A stretch of DNA of 20,000 nucleotides, from positions 46,200 to 66,199 of the forward strand of contig JAPEUG010000050.1 of assembly GCA_026025795.1 (NCBI GenBank), given 5' to 3'. Position numbers and translations under genes: made by a program. Each line of letters opens with the position of its first letter. Position 1 is the first letter of the stretch. The notes under the pieces are model-generated. The model made no database searches and had not been told where the DNA came from. It saw only the letters and a list, made by a program, of their open reading frames with translations. Source of the stretch: Thelocarpon superellum. Its lineage: Eukaryota. This document shows, piece after piece, positions 1-11,100 of the stretch.

Positions 1-99
1 GCTCATGCTCGTGCTGGTACCAATACATCCTCGTACGGCCAGACTAGACCAGACGTAACATGCTGGACACGACCTCGCACGCATGTTCTGGTGTGCCCG

Positions 100-874
100 T
101 CATAAAGAGTTCTCCTCCACCGCACGCTTCTGCGCCCTTCGACCGGCTGATTCTTTCCGCTCCTCCCGTAAAGTGACGTATACCTGGACGAGACCCGTGT
201 CAGTTAGCTTCGTTGTAGACCAGGACGCCGCGGCGACAGTTCGCAGCAGCGCACGTCTTGTGAACACCCACCCAGAACCACACGACCATCTCAACAAACG
301 CCCAGGAGAAGACGAGACTGTTCTGCAGGCCCGGCCCCGCCGCCGTGATCTTCATTCCCTGATACGCCCCGGCTCCGGTGCCTGACCCGCCGGGCTTCGT
401 GAGGTAAGTGTACCCCGTGAGGATGAAGAAGAACAACAACCGGATGGGTGCTGGCAGATGAGCGTGTCAGCATCCGTATCGACAAGGTGGGAGGATTCTA
501 TTCCTGCGCGGGCGGACATACTCTGGTTATCCCAATAAAAGCTCGTCACCTCCTCGGGCATGGACACGGCCACCAGATCGTTGACGGCAAACAAGGTGAA
601 GACGATGGCGAGAAAAGATGAAAGCGCACTGGGCTCGTCGAGGGTATCAATGTGCGGCTGGATGTATTGTATGCCTCGGTCAGCATTGCATCGACGCGGC
701 GCGTCAGGGTCGTAGCCCGGCAGTTCCCAGACTCACCAGTCGCATCGCGGCGCCCACGATCAGGACTAGGTTCTGGTCGGCCAGGGTTTTGGGCGAAAAC
801 ATGAAGTAATAGGCCAATGCCAGATGGAAGAGGCACAGGTACCGAATGATGGAGACTCCCGAGAAGAAGGCCAT
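100..874 (-). CDS. ILM1: Ilm1-like membrane protein (increased loss of mitochondrial DNA 1), 178 aa, 4 exons: 874-737, 657-522, 450-272, 183-100
   Basis: Spliced frame MAFFSGVSIIRYLCLFHLALAYYFMFSPKTLADQNLVLIVGAAMRL|PHIDTLDEPSALSSFLAIVFTLFAVNDLVAVSMPEE...YWDNQ|TPIRLLFFFILTGYTY...LQNSLVFSWAFVEMVVWFW|VYVTLREERKE...; about four hydrophobic segments; GT-AG introns with CTRAC branch points; 537 nt is divisible by 3. Family assignment is from recalled Ilm1 motifs. Confidence 0.85.
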
Positions 875-892
875 GGCGATGAGATGCCGGAG

Positions 893-941
893 GTGGACGG
901 TGGACCGTGGACGGTGGACCGTGGACCGTGGACAGTGGACA
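893..941. repeat. Tandem 7-mer repeat GTGGAC[G/C/A] x7 in the ILM1 leader / ILM1-GGTase bidirectional promoter
   Basis: Read directly: gtggacg gtggacc gtggacg gtggacc gtggacc gtggaca gtggaca. Confidence 0.95.
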
Positions 942-1135
942 GCTTGGCTCTCGAGAGCTAACGTAGCATAGCGATTAGTTATGCCGGATGTTGCGTCGCC
1001 GGCTGGGAGAAAGTTGTTCCGCTCCGATCCGCCGGGAGCTCTCCGCCCTTCCCCGCCCCGCCGAGGCCGGAGCTCCGCAGGCACCACTTCACCGGGACGA
1101 CAACCCGCCGGGGAGGGCAGACCGGCAAGGACAAG

Positions 1136-2870
1136 ATGGCAGGTCCACCGTCAGTGGCGCCGGAGCCGGTGCTGAACAAGGCACGGCACATCAACTACTG
1201 GCTCCGATGTCTCAAGACTCTCCTGCCGACGGACTACACGTCGAACGACTCGAACCGCATGACGCTGGGCTTCTTCATCATCTCGGCGCTGGACGTGCTC
1301 GGCGTGCTCGAGACACATACGAAGCCGGAGGAGCGTCGAGAATACATCGACTGGATCTACCACTGTCAGCATCCCGAAGGCGGCTTCCGCGGATTCCCCG
1401 CCACGGACTTTGGAGCGCGACGGACGGCGGCGAACGCGCAGTGGGACCCGGCCAACCTCCCGGCGACCTTCTTTGCGCTCGCGACGCTCATCGTGCTCGG
1501 GGATGACTTGACGCGCGTGAGGACACGGCAGTGTCTGGCGTGGTTGCCCACCTTGCAGCGTGAGGAAGGGAGTCTCGGCGAGATGTTGGGAGAGGGTGCC
1601 CGCATCGAGGGGAAGAGAGATATGCGCTTCTGCTACTCTGCTGCCGCGGTGCGCTGGATACTACGAGGTCCGCGGGCTGAGACGGTGGCGGACGTACCGG
1701 ACCTCGATGTCGACGCCATGGTCCGATTCATCAATGCCTCGGAGGTACGAGGGGCCATGGCCGTGGCACTTGCGGGGAGATGTGTCTGACCGGGTGCTAG
1801 ACGTACGAGCATGGCTTCGCGGAAGGCCCGTATCGAGAAGCGCACGGTAGGGAGATGCAAATCTGCAAGGAGACCGGTCGGGCTCACGCGACTTGCAGCC
1901 GGACTGACCTACTGTGCCGTGGGGACGCTCTCGCTGCTCGATCGATTGGCCTCCGCATCGCTGCCAGCCTCTCCGCCAGCCACAGAATCAACGACGGTCG
2001 GACTCACCGATCCGGAATCTACCATCCGGTGGCTTCTCTCTCGACAGATCATCCAAGCAGACGACGAGGGTGACGAAAGCGAGGACGAAGAGGCGGACAA
2101 CGTCCCAACCGATGTCCCCGACTTGCTCCATCACGCGGACGGAGTCGGATGTTTTCCAGCAGACTTCACCGCGGCGGGATTCAACGGCCGCTGTAACAAA
2201 GATGCCGATACATGCTATGCGTTCTGGGTGAGCGGATCAATGGCTGTAGGTATCCGCCTGCTGATGGACGTGGAAGCGCGGATCAAAGCGAGCATGCTGA
2301 CCTCGAGCCTGAGATCCTGAACCCCTCCTACCCCTCGCACCTCTTGTCCTCTTCGCTCGCAAGGGCCTTTCTGCTGAACGAAACTCAACATCGGATCGGC
2401 GGGTTTGGAAAGGGACCGGGTGATGTTCCTGGTTGGTTCTCCCCAGTCGTCCTTTCGTCCTGGCGTCCCTTCTCTACCACCCGGGCGGGTGGACCGGCTG
2501 TGGCAAACGTGGTGAGAGAAACGATTGCTGAGGCTGATGGGTAGATATACTACATTCATACCTGGGCCTGGTCGCCCTGTCGATCCTAGAAGACGAGGGC
2601 GACGATGTTGTTTCCTCCACCACTGCCCCCGCCAACGCCCCAGCAAGTGCCCTTACTACCACCAACTCATCCACCTCCAAGAACTCGTCAATACCCTCCA
2701 ACCACGAGGGAATCGAAAGCAAGACCTCCCCCGTGTCATCGGGACTGCGCCGTATCGACGCCCGCTTCTGCATCAGTACAAAAGCTCGTCTTGCTTTTGA
2801 GGAGATGCGGATCCGGACTTGGGACGACAGGCGAGAGGAGAAGAGACGAAGCGTGAGTGAGATCAGATGA
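1136..2870 (+). CDS. CDC43: Geranylgeranyltransferase type-I beta subunit, about 481 aa, 5 exons: 1136-1744, 1801-1846, 1899-2245, 2314-2431, 2545-2870
   Basis: Prenyltransferase repeats: HINYWLRCLKTLLPTDYTSNDSNRMTL, GGFRGFP, DMRFCYSA, EAHAGLTYCA, GFNGRCNKDADTCYAFWV (Zn ligands D, C), GGFGKGPGDVPDILHSYLGL (Zn ligand H). The acceptor of intron 3 is a non-canonical GAG (2313, or 2307). Confidence 0.92.
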
Positions 2871-3097
2871 GATATGAGATACGAAATATGATTATTGTAC
2901 ATACTTTGCCCAATTGCTCTTCACTATCTTCCGTTCCGTGATTGACTTGCCTAGATGCGAGATCAACGTTTCACGCACCCCTTCACCCCCCTCGCGCCCT
3001 TATCCAACAACGCCGGAGCCTTGGGGCTCGAATCAAAGTGATATCATCGCCACCGCTTCTTCATCATCTCCACCACGTTGAAATAGCCGCCAAGCAG

Positions 3098-4953
3098 TCA
3101 CCCTCCCCGATTCGCAGCCGCATCATCCGCCTCCTCGCGCTGCTCACGGGCCTTGTCCCCCTGGGTCCAATCATGCACAAATTCCCCGGGCTCCGCGACG
3201 AGCTTGAGGCCCTGTGAGAGGGCGCCGCCGGTCTTGCCGCCTCTGCCGCGAGATTTCTTCGCGTTGGCGTCGAGGGAAGCGGCCGTGGCGCGCGCGTTGA
3301 GCGCATCTTCGTCGGATGAGCTGATGCTGCCGCCGTCGTCCTGCGCGAACGTTCCCTCCCTGCCTTCCGTCTTCTTGTTTGCCTTCTGCTCGTCCTTCAT
3401 CTTGTCCAGGTGCTCGTCCGTGCATCGCAGCGTGCGGATGTGCAAGCCCGGGAAGTTGCGCTGGAATAGCTCGCCCAGCTGTGACAGGTAGTCTCCGTTC
3501 GGCCGGTAGGTGCCGGAGTCGTTGTCGATGACGAGTTCGTAGCGCGTCACGTCTTTGGGAGGCGCTTCTTCCGGTGGGCCGCCCTCGACTGGGTTGGGCG
3601 GGTGCGAGACCTGCTCGCTGTCGTTGACGTCGCGGTCGCCGTAGCGAAGGCGGCGCACGAAGAATTCGCCCGAGAAGGCTGTGTAGATGCTCACGTCCGA
3701 GTGCATGGTGTGTTTCGAGAGCAGGTCGATGCCAAATTCCTTGCCCGTCTCCGTGAATCGGAACATCCCGTCCAGCGTGAGCACGTAGGTGAAGATGCGT
3801 CCGCCTTGGTCGAAGTGCACCATCGATAGGAACTGGAGCGTGAGTTGTTCCGAGGGCTCCGGCAGACACCCATAGATGGTGGCCCGGTCGAAATTGTAGA
3901 TGCGTGCGTGTTGATGGTGCAGTGCCATGTGCAGGATATGGCCACGCACGCCCTTCTGCGAGAACATGGCCTTGACAAAGGGCTTGAACTCCACGTACCG
4001 GTGGTACAGGTGGCAGGGCACCGGGCCCTGCAGCTGGATCTGGTTTGCCTGGAAGCTACGCCACATCTCCGTCAGTCGTCGTCTCTCTCCCGCTACCATC
4101 CCCCGGGGAGCGATACGCACTTGTAATGTTCCGTTTTGCCCACTGGCCCCGGTTCTTTGACCCCGGCCAGCCGGCCGATCATGGGCGAGTAGTGCTGCGT
4201 CCAGTATTGCGGCCCAATGGTGTAGAGCCTGCCCCCCGGGGCCTCGGTGCGGCCCAGCACTTCGGCACTGATGACCAACTGCCCGCTCAAATGCATGCCC
4301 CGGCCGAAAATGGCCGCACATCCCGTCACCAGATAAGCACGTTTGCTCCCCATGCGTTTCTTGATCTTGTACGACTGCTCGTGGATGCCCGGCCAGGACT
4401 CGTCGATACCGGAGGCCAGGACTCGCACGTTGCCCAAGCGATCGTCATGGTCGGCCGGGTCCTCGTCGTAGATGCGCGCCTTCAGCAAGAACCCGCTGGC
4501 GGGCACGTTGCCCACGACCCACGTACAGTTCCACTCGGGATTGGTGCTCTTGCGGATGGTCGGGGTGCGAAAGAGAAAGCGAGGATCCTCGCGGTGGCGG
4601 GTTGGGAGGTCGGTGATGAGCTCCGCCGTGATGAAGGGATCGGAGGACATGGCGTTGATGTCGGCGATGGGGAGGTTAGCCGCGCGGTGGAAGGTGAAGC
4701 GCATGGTGAATCCTGGCGCCGCGGCGGGGACCGGCGTGTTGTCGAAGCCTCCGGGCGGCGGGGGTTCCTCTTGTTTTTCATCATGATTTTTGTTCTTGCG
4801 ATCATTTTGGCCCTTGTGATCTGCGGCATTCAACTTGGCCTGGCTGGCTTTGCCTTTGGCCTGGCTGTCGTCTGCCGCTTTCTCCTCGGTCAAGTGTCCA
4901 TTGGTTTGTGGGCCCGACCCCTGGGGCGGCAAGGTTTGGTCCGAGTCCGACAT
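3098..4953 (-). CDS. C2-domain protein with an uncharacterised conserved C-terminal domain, 596 aa, 2 exons: 4953-4121, 4055-3098
   Basis: C2 motifs FTFHRAANLPIADINAMSSDPF...TPTIRKSTNPEWN...IYDEDPADHDDRLG. Intron 4120-4056 (GTGCGT...CTGAC...TAG) joins HY|NFQANQIQL in frame. First in-frame ATG is at 4953. Confidence 0.88.
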
Positions 4954-5877
4954 GTTGATTGCGCAATCACCAAGCCTGATTGCCGCCGCGACAAGGGATG
5001 TTGGATAGGCGTAGATGGAGGGGAAGATGCATGGAGCTCCGGGCGTTCGCTTTGTAGGTCGGACGTTGCAAGCGGGGAAGTTGGTGTTCACGGCGAAGAT
5101 GGCTGGATCAAGGCCGACAGTGCTTCGTGCGGTGCACCTCGAGCGAACTAGCCTCCCGCGATCGCAACTGATTCCTTGCTGTCCGATCTTAGCACCTCAG
5201 CTTTCTCCCAGCACTCCCATATTTCACCCGGCAGAGTGGCGGGGGAGATGGCCATGGCATTCTGGTGTGCATTTACAGCTACGGTACTTTGGACAACGGA
5301 AGACTTGGCACGTCCGCCGTCTGCCCGGGCAAAATGACGCACGCTGCGGGATGGAACTCGGCAGGGCTGGCTGGCTCGCTCCCCTGCCTGTTGCTGCAGT
5401 CTCATTCGTGGAGGCGACTCTCGCAGCGGTGAGATCCCCGGCGAAGCGACGCAGGGATCTGGGTCCACAGACGCTCCAAGCCAGCTGAAGGCGAATGCCT
5501 TGCTCCCAGTTCACGGTAAATATGGCAAGTACTTGCAAGCCTACTGGTCCGAGGAACAATTCAAAGCTTGATCACCCTGCCCTACAAAGTCGCGTGGGTA
5601 CTAGTTGAGAAAGACGTGCCGCTCGTCATGCCCTGCGGCGGAGTTATAGACGGGCGTCTGCTGGGGCCCATAGCAGTGACGCCGGTAAACCGGGGACGAT
5701 GAGTAATACGGGAGCTGGGCATGTTGATCACAGCCGAGGTTGTCCCTCTCCCTCTCTTGTCTCCCGTATGGACGTTGCGATCTGAGCTCCCTGCTATCTA
5801 CCTCCCCATGGACCATTCCTTCATGTCTATGCTTCATCTCGATGGGTGCGACATATCCGGTGCTCAACTGAGGTGAC

Positions 5878-6856
5878 ATGTCCACCTCTCCAGAGTCTTT
5901 CGCCGTGGCCACGACCGTCACACCAACCTCGTCGCATGCCTATGCCGCCCACTTTCCCGCCGAGTGGTGTATCGGCGCTGGTGAGAATCACGAACTCTCC
6001 GCCAAGGGTCGTGGGCTGATGACAGGGGATAGTACCGCATGGTGGATATGTCACCTCGGTCTTCCAGCAAGTAGCTTCGACTCACTTCGCCACCGCCCTG
6101 GCCGCACAGCAACAGCCCCACACCATCTCACTGCATCTCGAGTTCCTCCGCCGGACCGTGGTGGGTCCGGCCGACTTCGAGGTGCGCGATGCTAAAGCTG
6201 GGCGGCAGACCTCCAACGTGCAAATCACCCTTCGTCAAGGCGGGCGTGAGGTGGTGACGGGCTTTCTCATCCAATCGAACATGCGCCTCGACTTCGGCCT
6301 CTCGCTGCCGACCGACTACGCCCTTCATCCCGCACCGATCGCGGCCGACATATCCAAACTGCGCCGCGACGCCGACCCCGAATGGGCACGCATGCCCGAC
6401 GTTCCCTTCTCCAAATTCCGCAAGGCCACCCAGCGGGTGCACTTCTTCACGCCGCGGCATGGCCAGCGGCACGCGAGCATCACCGACCAGTGGCTCTCCT
6501 TTGTCAACGGGGAACGCTTCACCAATGAGAGCATAGGATTCGTGGCCGACATGTTCCTGCAGCCGGTGGAAAACTACCGTCCTTCCAAGGGCTCATCCGA
6601 CTCGGAGACGAGTGGATGGGTCCGTCATTGGTACCCCACGCTGGTCTTGAATCTCGAACCCAAGAAACTCTTACCTGATGAGGGCGTCGAGTTTCTGTTT
6701 GTGCGGGCTCGATCCAAGCAGATACAGAAGGGCCGGATGGACTTGGAAGTGACCGTGCTGGATGAGACGGGTGATATCGTGGCCTTGAGTAACCACCTCG
6801 CGTTGATCATGTCTGCCAGTCGGAATACGCAAGGTCGACTGGACTCCATCTTATGA
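5878..6856 (+). CDS. Thioesterase-family protein (double HotDog, acyl-CoA thioesterase-like), 308 aa, 2 exons: 5878-5980, 6033-6856
   Basis: Intron 5981-6032 (GTGAGA...CTGAT...TAG) creates WCIGAVPHGGYVTS; later motifs LHLEFLRRT..GPA, FVADMF, WYPTLVLNLE.KK.LP, GRMDLEV.VLDE.GDIVALSNH are typical of this fungal family. Confidence 0.88.
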
Positions 6857-7990
6857 GTATCGGGCATAGAAGTGAAGCGAAATAGAAGGACCGTCGGCAG
6901 GCATCGTTCCACCTAGTGTCTCTTGCATTAGCTGGGGGGCCGTCAGTCCTGGAAACTAGGTGCCTAGCTGGGTGTCGGTATAATTAGGGTCGGCAACATA
7001 CGCAGCTATAGGCGCGGAGCAGAGCTTGACAAACATAGAGGAGGGAGCGAGAGGTGGGGCGACAGTTGAGCCTCTGTAGAAGCGCCTCGACGCGACAGAC
7101 TGGTGGTGGATGTGATTGGACCGTCGAGAATGTTTCAGATTCGTACCTGCGGTGGAACTCTGGGGGGCTGACGTGCTCAACCTTAACTACTGTGCCGGGA
7201 GGACGAAGGCTCATGCTTGAGCTGCATGGTAGGCGCACAGTACACACGCGTGTGGCCTTGATCATTGTAGACCCTAGTTCATCTGGGATACCCATCCATG
7301 CCTATGTCACGGGCCAGGTAGCCAGTGCTGATGAGTACTTCTGGCTTGAGGAATGTTCGTGAAATGCTGCACTCAAACAGCCGGAGGAGAGAATAGCTTC
7401 TTGCGACCGTTGCCAGTCATTCTGCTGGAAGCGCCGGAAAGGGCGTTGGTTGGGGTCGCTAATGACCTGCCAGAAGGCCTGGTCCCTGGGCTCCTCCCAA
7501 ACACGACGGACCCTCGAGGTACGAGTACGTGAACATACTCTTGACCGTACTGTACTCGTATACGCTTCGTACCGCGCCGTATAATACCGGACCCTCGCCC
7601 AGGTACCCGTACTAACTGAAGGAGCACTGGCACTGGATCGGACTGCGCTGCTGTACCTCACCCTTTGCCACCATCGGACTGGTATCGAGGAGACGAAGTG
7701 CCGATCTCGTCCTCCCACTCGTCGTTCCCCACCTTCCTCCATCTTCGGACCGACCGACTGGACGAGGGCTTGCAGGTACGGCGGAACCTTCATAGGTCAA
7801 GATGCTCTAGTGCTATTCGAGAGCCTCTCCTCCCACGTCCTCCCCGTCGTCCTCGATCCTTGATCTATGCACCTGTCATTTTGGCGCATGGCTCATCTTA
7901 CCGGTACTGCTCGAGCCCCCGCCAACCCCGACAGCTTCACCTCGTGCATCATCCTGCACCATCCGTCGCCGCATCACGAGGTCATTCCGT

Positions 7991-8025
7991 TGCCCGTGCC
8001 TGCCCGTGCCTGCCTGTGCCTGCCC
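7991..8025. repeat. Tandem 10-mer repeat TGCCYGTGCC x3.5 upstream of the ArfGAP start codon
   Basis: Read directly: tgcccgtgcc tgcccgtgcc tgcctgtgcc tgccc. Confidence 0.9.
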
Positions 8026-8161
8026 CACCTTTGCATCCTTCCACTCTCGATCCGCGTCACCAACAACGCGCCTCATCGTCCGTCGTCCGCCGTCCGTCCC
8101 CTCTTCATAAGCTGCCCGGCCATAGCCCTTACGGCCCTGCGCCGGCCGCGCCCGCGTGGTG

Positions 8162-11100
8162 ATGGGGGCCGTCAGCAGCCGACTCGATGAGGGGCCGGCA
8201 CTCTTTCTCCGGGAGCAGTCCCGCCTGAGCATCGCCTCCTTAGCCATCACCCACGCCAAGAGGAAACGAACCCTGCTGAACGTCACCTCGGATGCATATC
8301 CCGCCACTCGGATCGCCGTCTCCCGTGGCACTGGCGACGACTCGGTCCTTGACTTCGTCCAGGACCCCGAAGCCTCTTCCAATCCCGCCTTCTTGCTGCG
8401 GCTCAATAACGATGACGATCTAGAATTCACCTTCACGCTCATCTTCCGACAGCCCGACGTTACGACGTCGTCTCGGGAAGCCGTCGAGACTACCATCCAC
8501 GGCCTTACTTTTGCCTTCGCCTCGACGCCGCGAGAGCTCGACAACCTGGTCACGCGGGAGTTCCACGCCGACCCGAATTTCCATAAGAATTCCAACGTCC
8601 AGCTCCTTGGTGATTATGGCACCGATGGCAGCCCGTCCGTCTCGTTAGAATGGTCGTGGAAATGGAGACCACCGAAGCCGGTCGAAGACCGGGGTGGCGG
8701 CTGGCGTACCACCTGCAGCGTAGGTCTCCCTCGATGCGCCGCCCTCTCTTGCTTCCCGCTGATCATTCCCGTAGTTTCTCGAGTATGACCAACGCGCGCA
8801 TCGGCTGAACTCCCTCGCTACCTTTTCATTCTGGGTGCAGAGTAAGTCGTCCCGCCTCACCGTGCGTCAGCCTGCCTGACGAGCGATGATCAGATACGTC
8901 ACGGAACAATACCAGTCCACCAATGCCCGGGGCCACCTTTGAGATGGCCCGTCCGCGGAAAACCCGCCTGGCCTCGACGCAGTCCCTAGAGTCGGGCCTG
9001 AGCGCGCCAGATGAGCGCGACGAAAGATCCGACACCTATCCGGAGCCTGCCTCGCCCGGCGAGGCCCCGGCCGAGAACGGGTTGGGCATGGTGCCGCCGC
9101 CAAGCGGCAACGTCAAAGTCGACGTCAGCTGTCAGCGGCCGGGCGAGGACATGAGTGCGGTCGAGGACGGCCCGCTGTTCCGCGCCACCATGAAATCCAT
9201 GGAGCAGAAGACGGGGAACATGCGCATCAAGATGAAGAAGGTGCTGAAGAAGGCCGAGGCTGCCCAGCAGGCTCAGGTCGAGTGCAACGCCGCCGCTGCC
9301 GCCTTCACCGACGCCCTACGAGAGGCCTCGATCTCCAACGCGAATGCCATCCAACCCGCGCTCGAGCACTACTTTGAGCGGATCGCCAAGGAGATTCTCC
9401 ACTACGAGCGGCAGAATACGACGCACCTGCAGAAGCTCATCATCGATCCCCTGACAAAGCTCTACACCTACGACATCAAACAAGCCGAGGCCAAGAAGAA
9501 GGAGTTTGAAGACGAGAGCCGCGATTACTACGCCTACGTCGGCCGCTATCTGGGCCAGCGACAGGACTCGCTCAAGGAGAAGAAGCGGGTGGAGAGCGAC
9601 TCCAAGTATCAGAGCAAGCGACGCAACTTTGAGCTCAAGCGCTTCGACTACTCCTCGTTCATGCAGGACCTCCACGGCGGCCGCAAGGAGCAAGAGGTGC
9701 TGTCGCACCTGACTCGCTACGCCGACGCCCAGGCCAGGAGCTACATGAGCGCGGCGAAGAAGGTGGAGAAGATGGTGCCTCAGCTCGAGGCGCTCACCTA
9801 CGAGGTCAAGGAGGCCGACAAGGAGTTCCAGTTTCACCGCACCGAGCGCGAGGAGAAGCGGCGCACGCTCGAGAAGAGCACCAAGCCCTACGTCGAGCCG
9901 GAATCGACGTCGGCAAGTCTCGCCGTGCCCTCGCCGCATCCCACGGCCAATGGCGGATATCTATCCGACTCGGAGCTGGGTCGGGGCACGAGCTCAGGTT
10001 CGTCCTTGCAGACGGCCGGCTCCAATGGCACCTCGGCCTTGCTACCCTACCCCGGCTCGGCCCCGTCCACGCTCAACGCCCTTTCGAGTTCGCCCGGCAC
10101 GCAGCCATTGGCGGGCGTGCCCAGCCGCGGCCGCGGCTCCGACAAATTCAAGGGCTTCCGCGATCTCGAGGAACGGGATCACAGCAGCCACGCAACATCG
10201 GAGAAGACTCTCAACCAGCAGCGGAAGGAGGGCCTGTTGTGGGCCCTCAGCCGACCAGGGAGTCACGTGGATCCCAAGGGACTGAATAAGCAAGCGTGGC
10301 ATAAGTGAGTTCCGGGACGATAGGACGATGAGAGGCAGGCAGACGCTGATCATGACCATGACAGATTCTGGATCGTGCTCGATCAAGGGACGCTCTCGGA
10401 GTACAGCAATTGGAAGCAGAAGCTCGACCTCCACATGGATCCGATCGACCTCCGGATGGCGTCGGTGCGCGAGGCGCGCAATGCGGAGCGACGGTTCTGC
10501 TTTGAAGTTATCACGCCCCATTACAAACGTGTGTACCAGGCGACGTCGGAGGAGGACATGACAAGTTGGATCTCATCCATCAACAATGCCCTTCAGAGCG
10601 CCGTCGAGGGCCGGGGCACATCCCGCAACGTGACCCCGTCCATGACGAGCGACGTGACGTCCAATCGACCGGATATCAAGTCGGCCTTAACCGGCAAGAT
10701 CTCGGCGTACGTGGGACTGCCCAGCCACACGCAGTCGACCCACGGCCACCATGCCCAGGGACCAACGTCGCACCCGATGGGCAACAACATCCATCGGCGC
10801 ACGACGGTGGCTGGGCGACCGACGTATCTCCGCAGCAACAGCAGCAGCTTCGACGAGAATCCCTCGCGCCTCCTGCAGATCGTGCGCGACGCCGATCAGG
10901 GCAACTGCTGGTGTGCCGACTGCGGGTCGGGCATCAAGACAGAGTGGGTGTCAATCAACCTTGGCATCATCCTATGCATCGAGTGCAGCGGCATTCACCG
11001 CTCGCTGGGCACGCATATCACCAAGATCCGCTCCCTGACGCTCGACACGACCTCGTTCAGCACGGACATTGTGGAGTTGCTGCTGCAGGTGGGCAACCGG

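Noticed and set aside
893..941. Repeat array as a possible CRISPR or telomeric remnant
   Set aside because: Units are 7 bp with no spacers, the context is eukaryotic, and the unit is not TTAGGG.
4045..5151. 368-aa plus-strand ORF, and similar long antisense or alternate-frame ORFs (3171-3869, 9316-9939, 10566-11669)
   Set aside because: They are shadows of real GC3-rich genes and show no recognisable motifs.
6956..7500. Short ORFs on both strands between the thioesterase and ArfGAP genes
   Set aside because: No motifs, no coherent exon chain, and no transposase or terminal-repeat signature.
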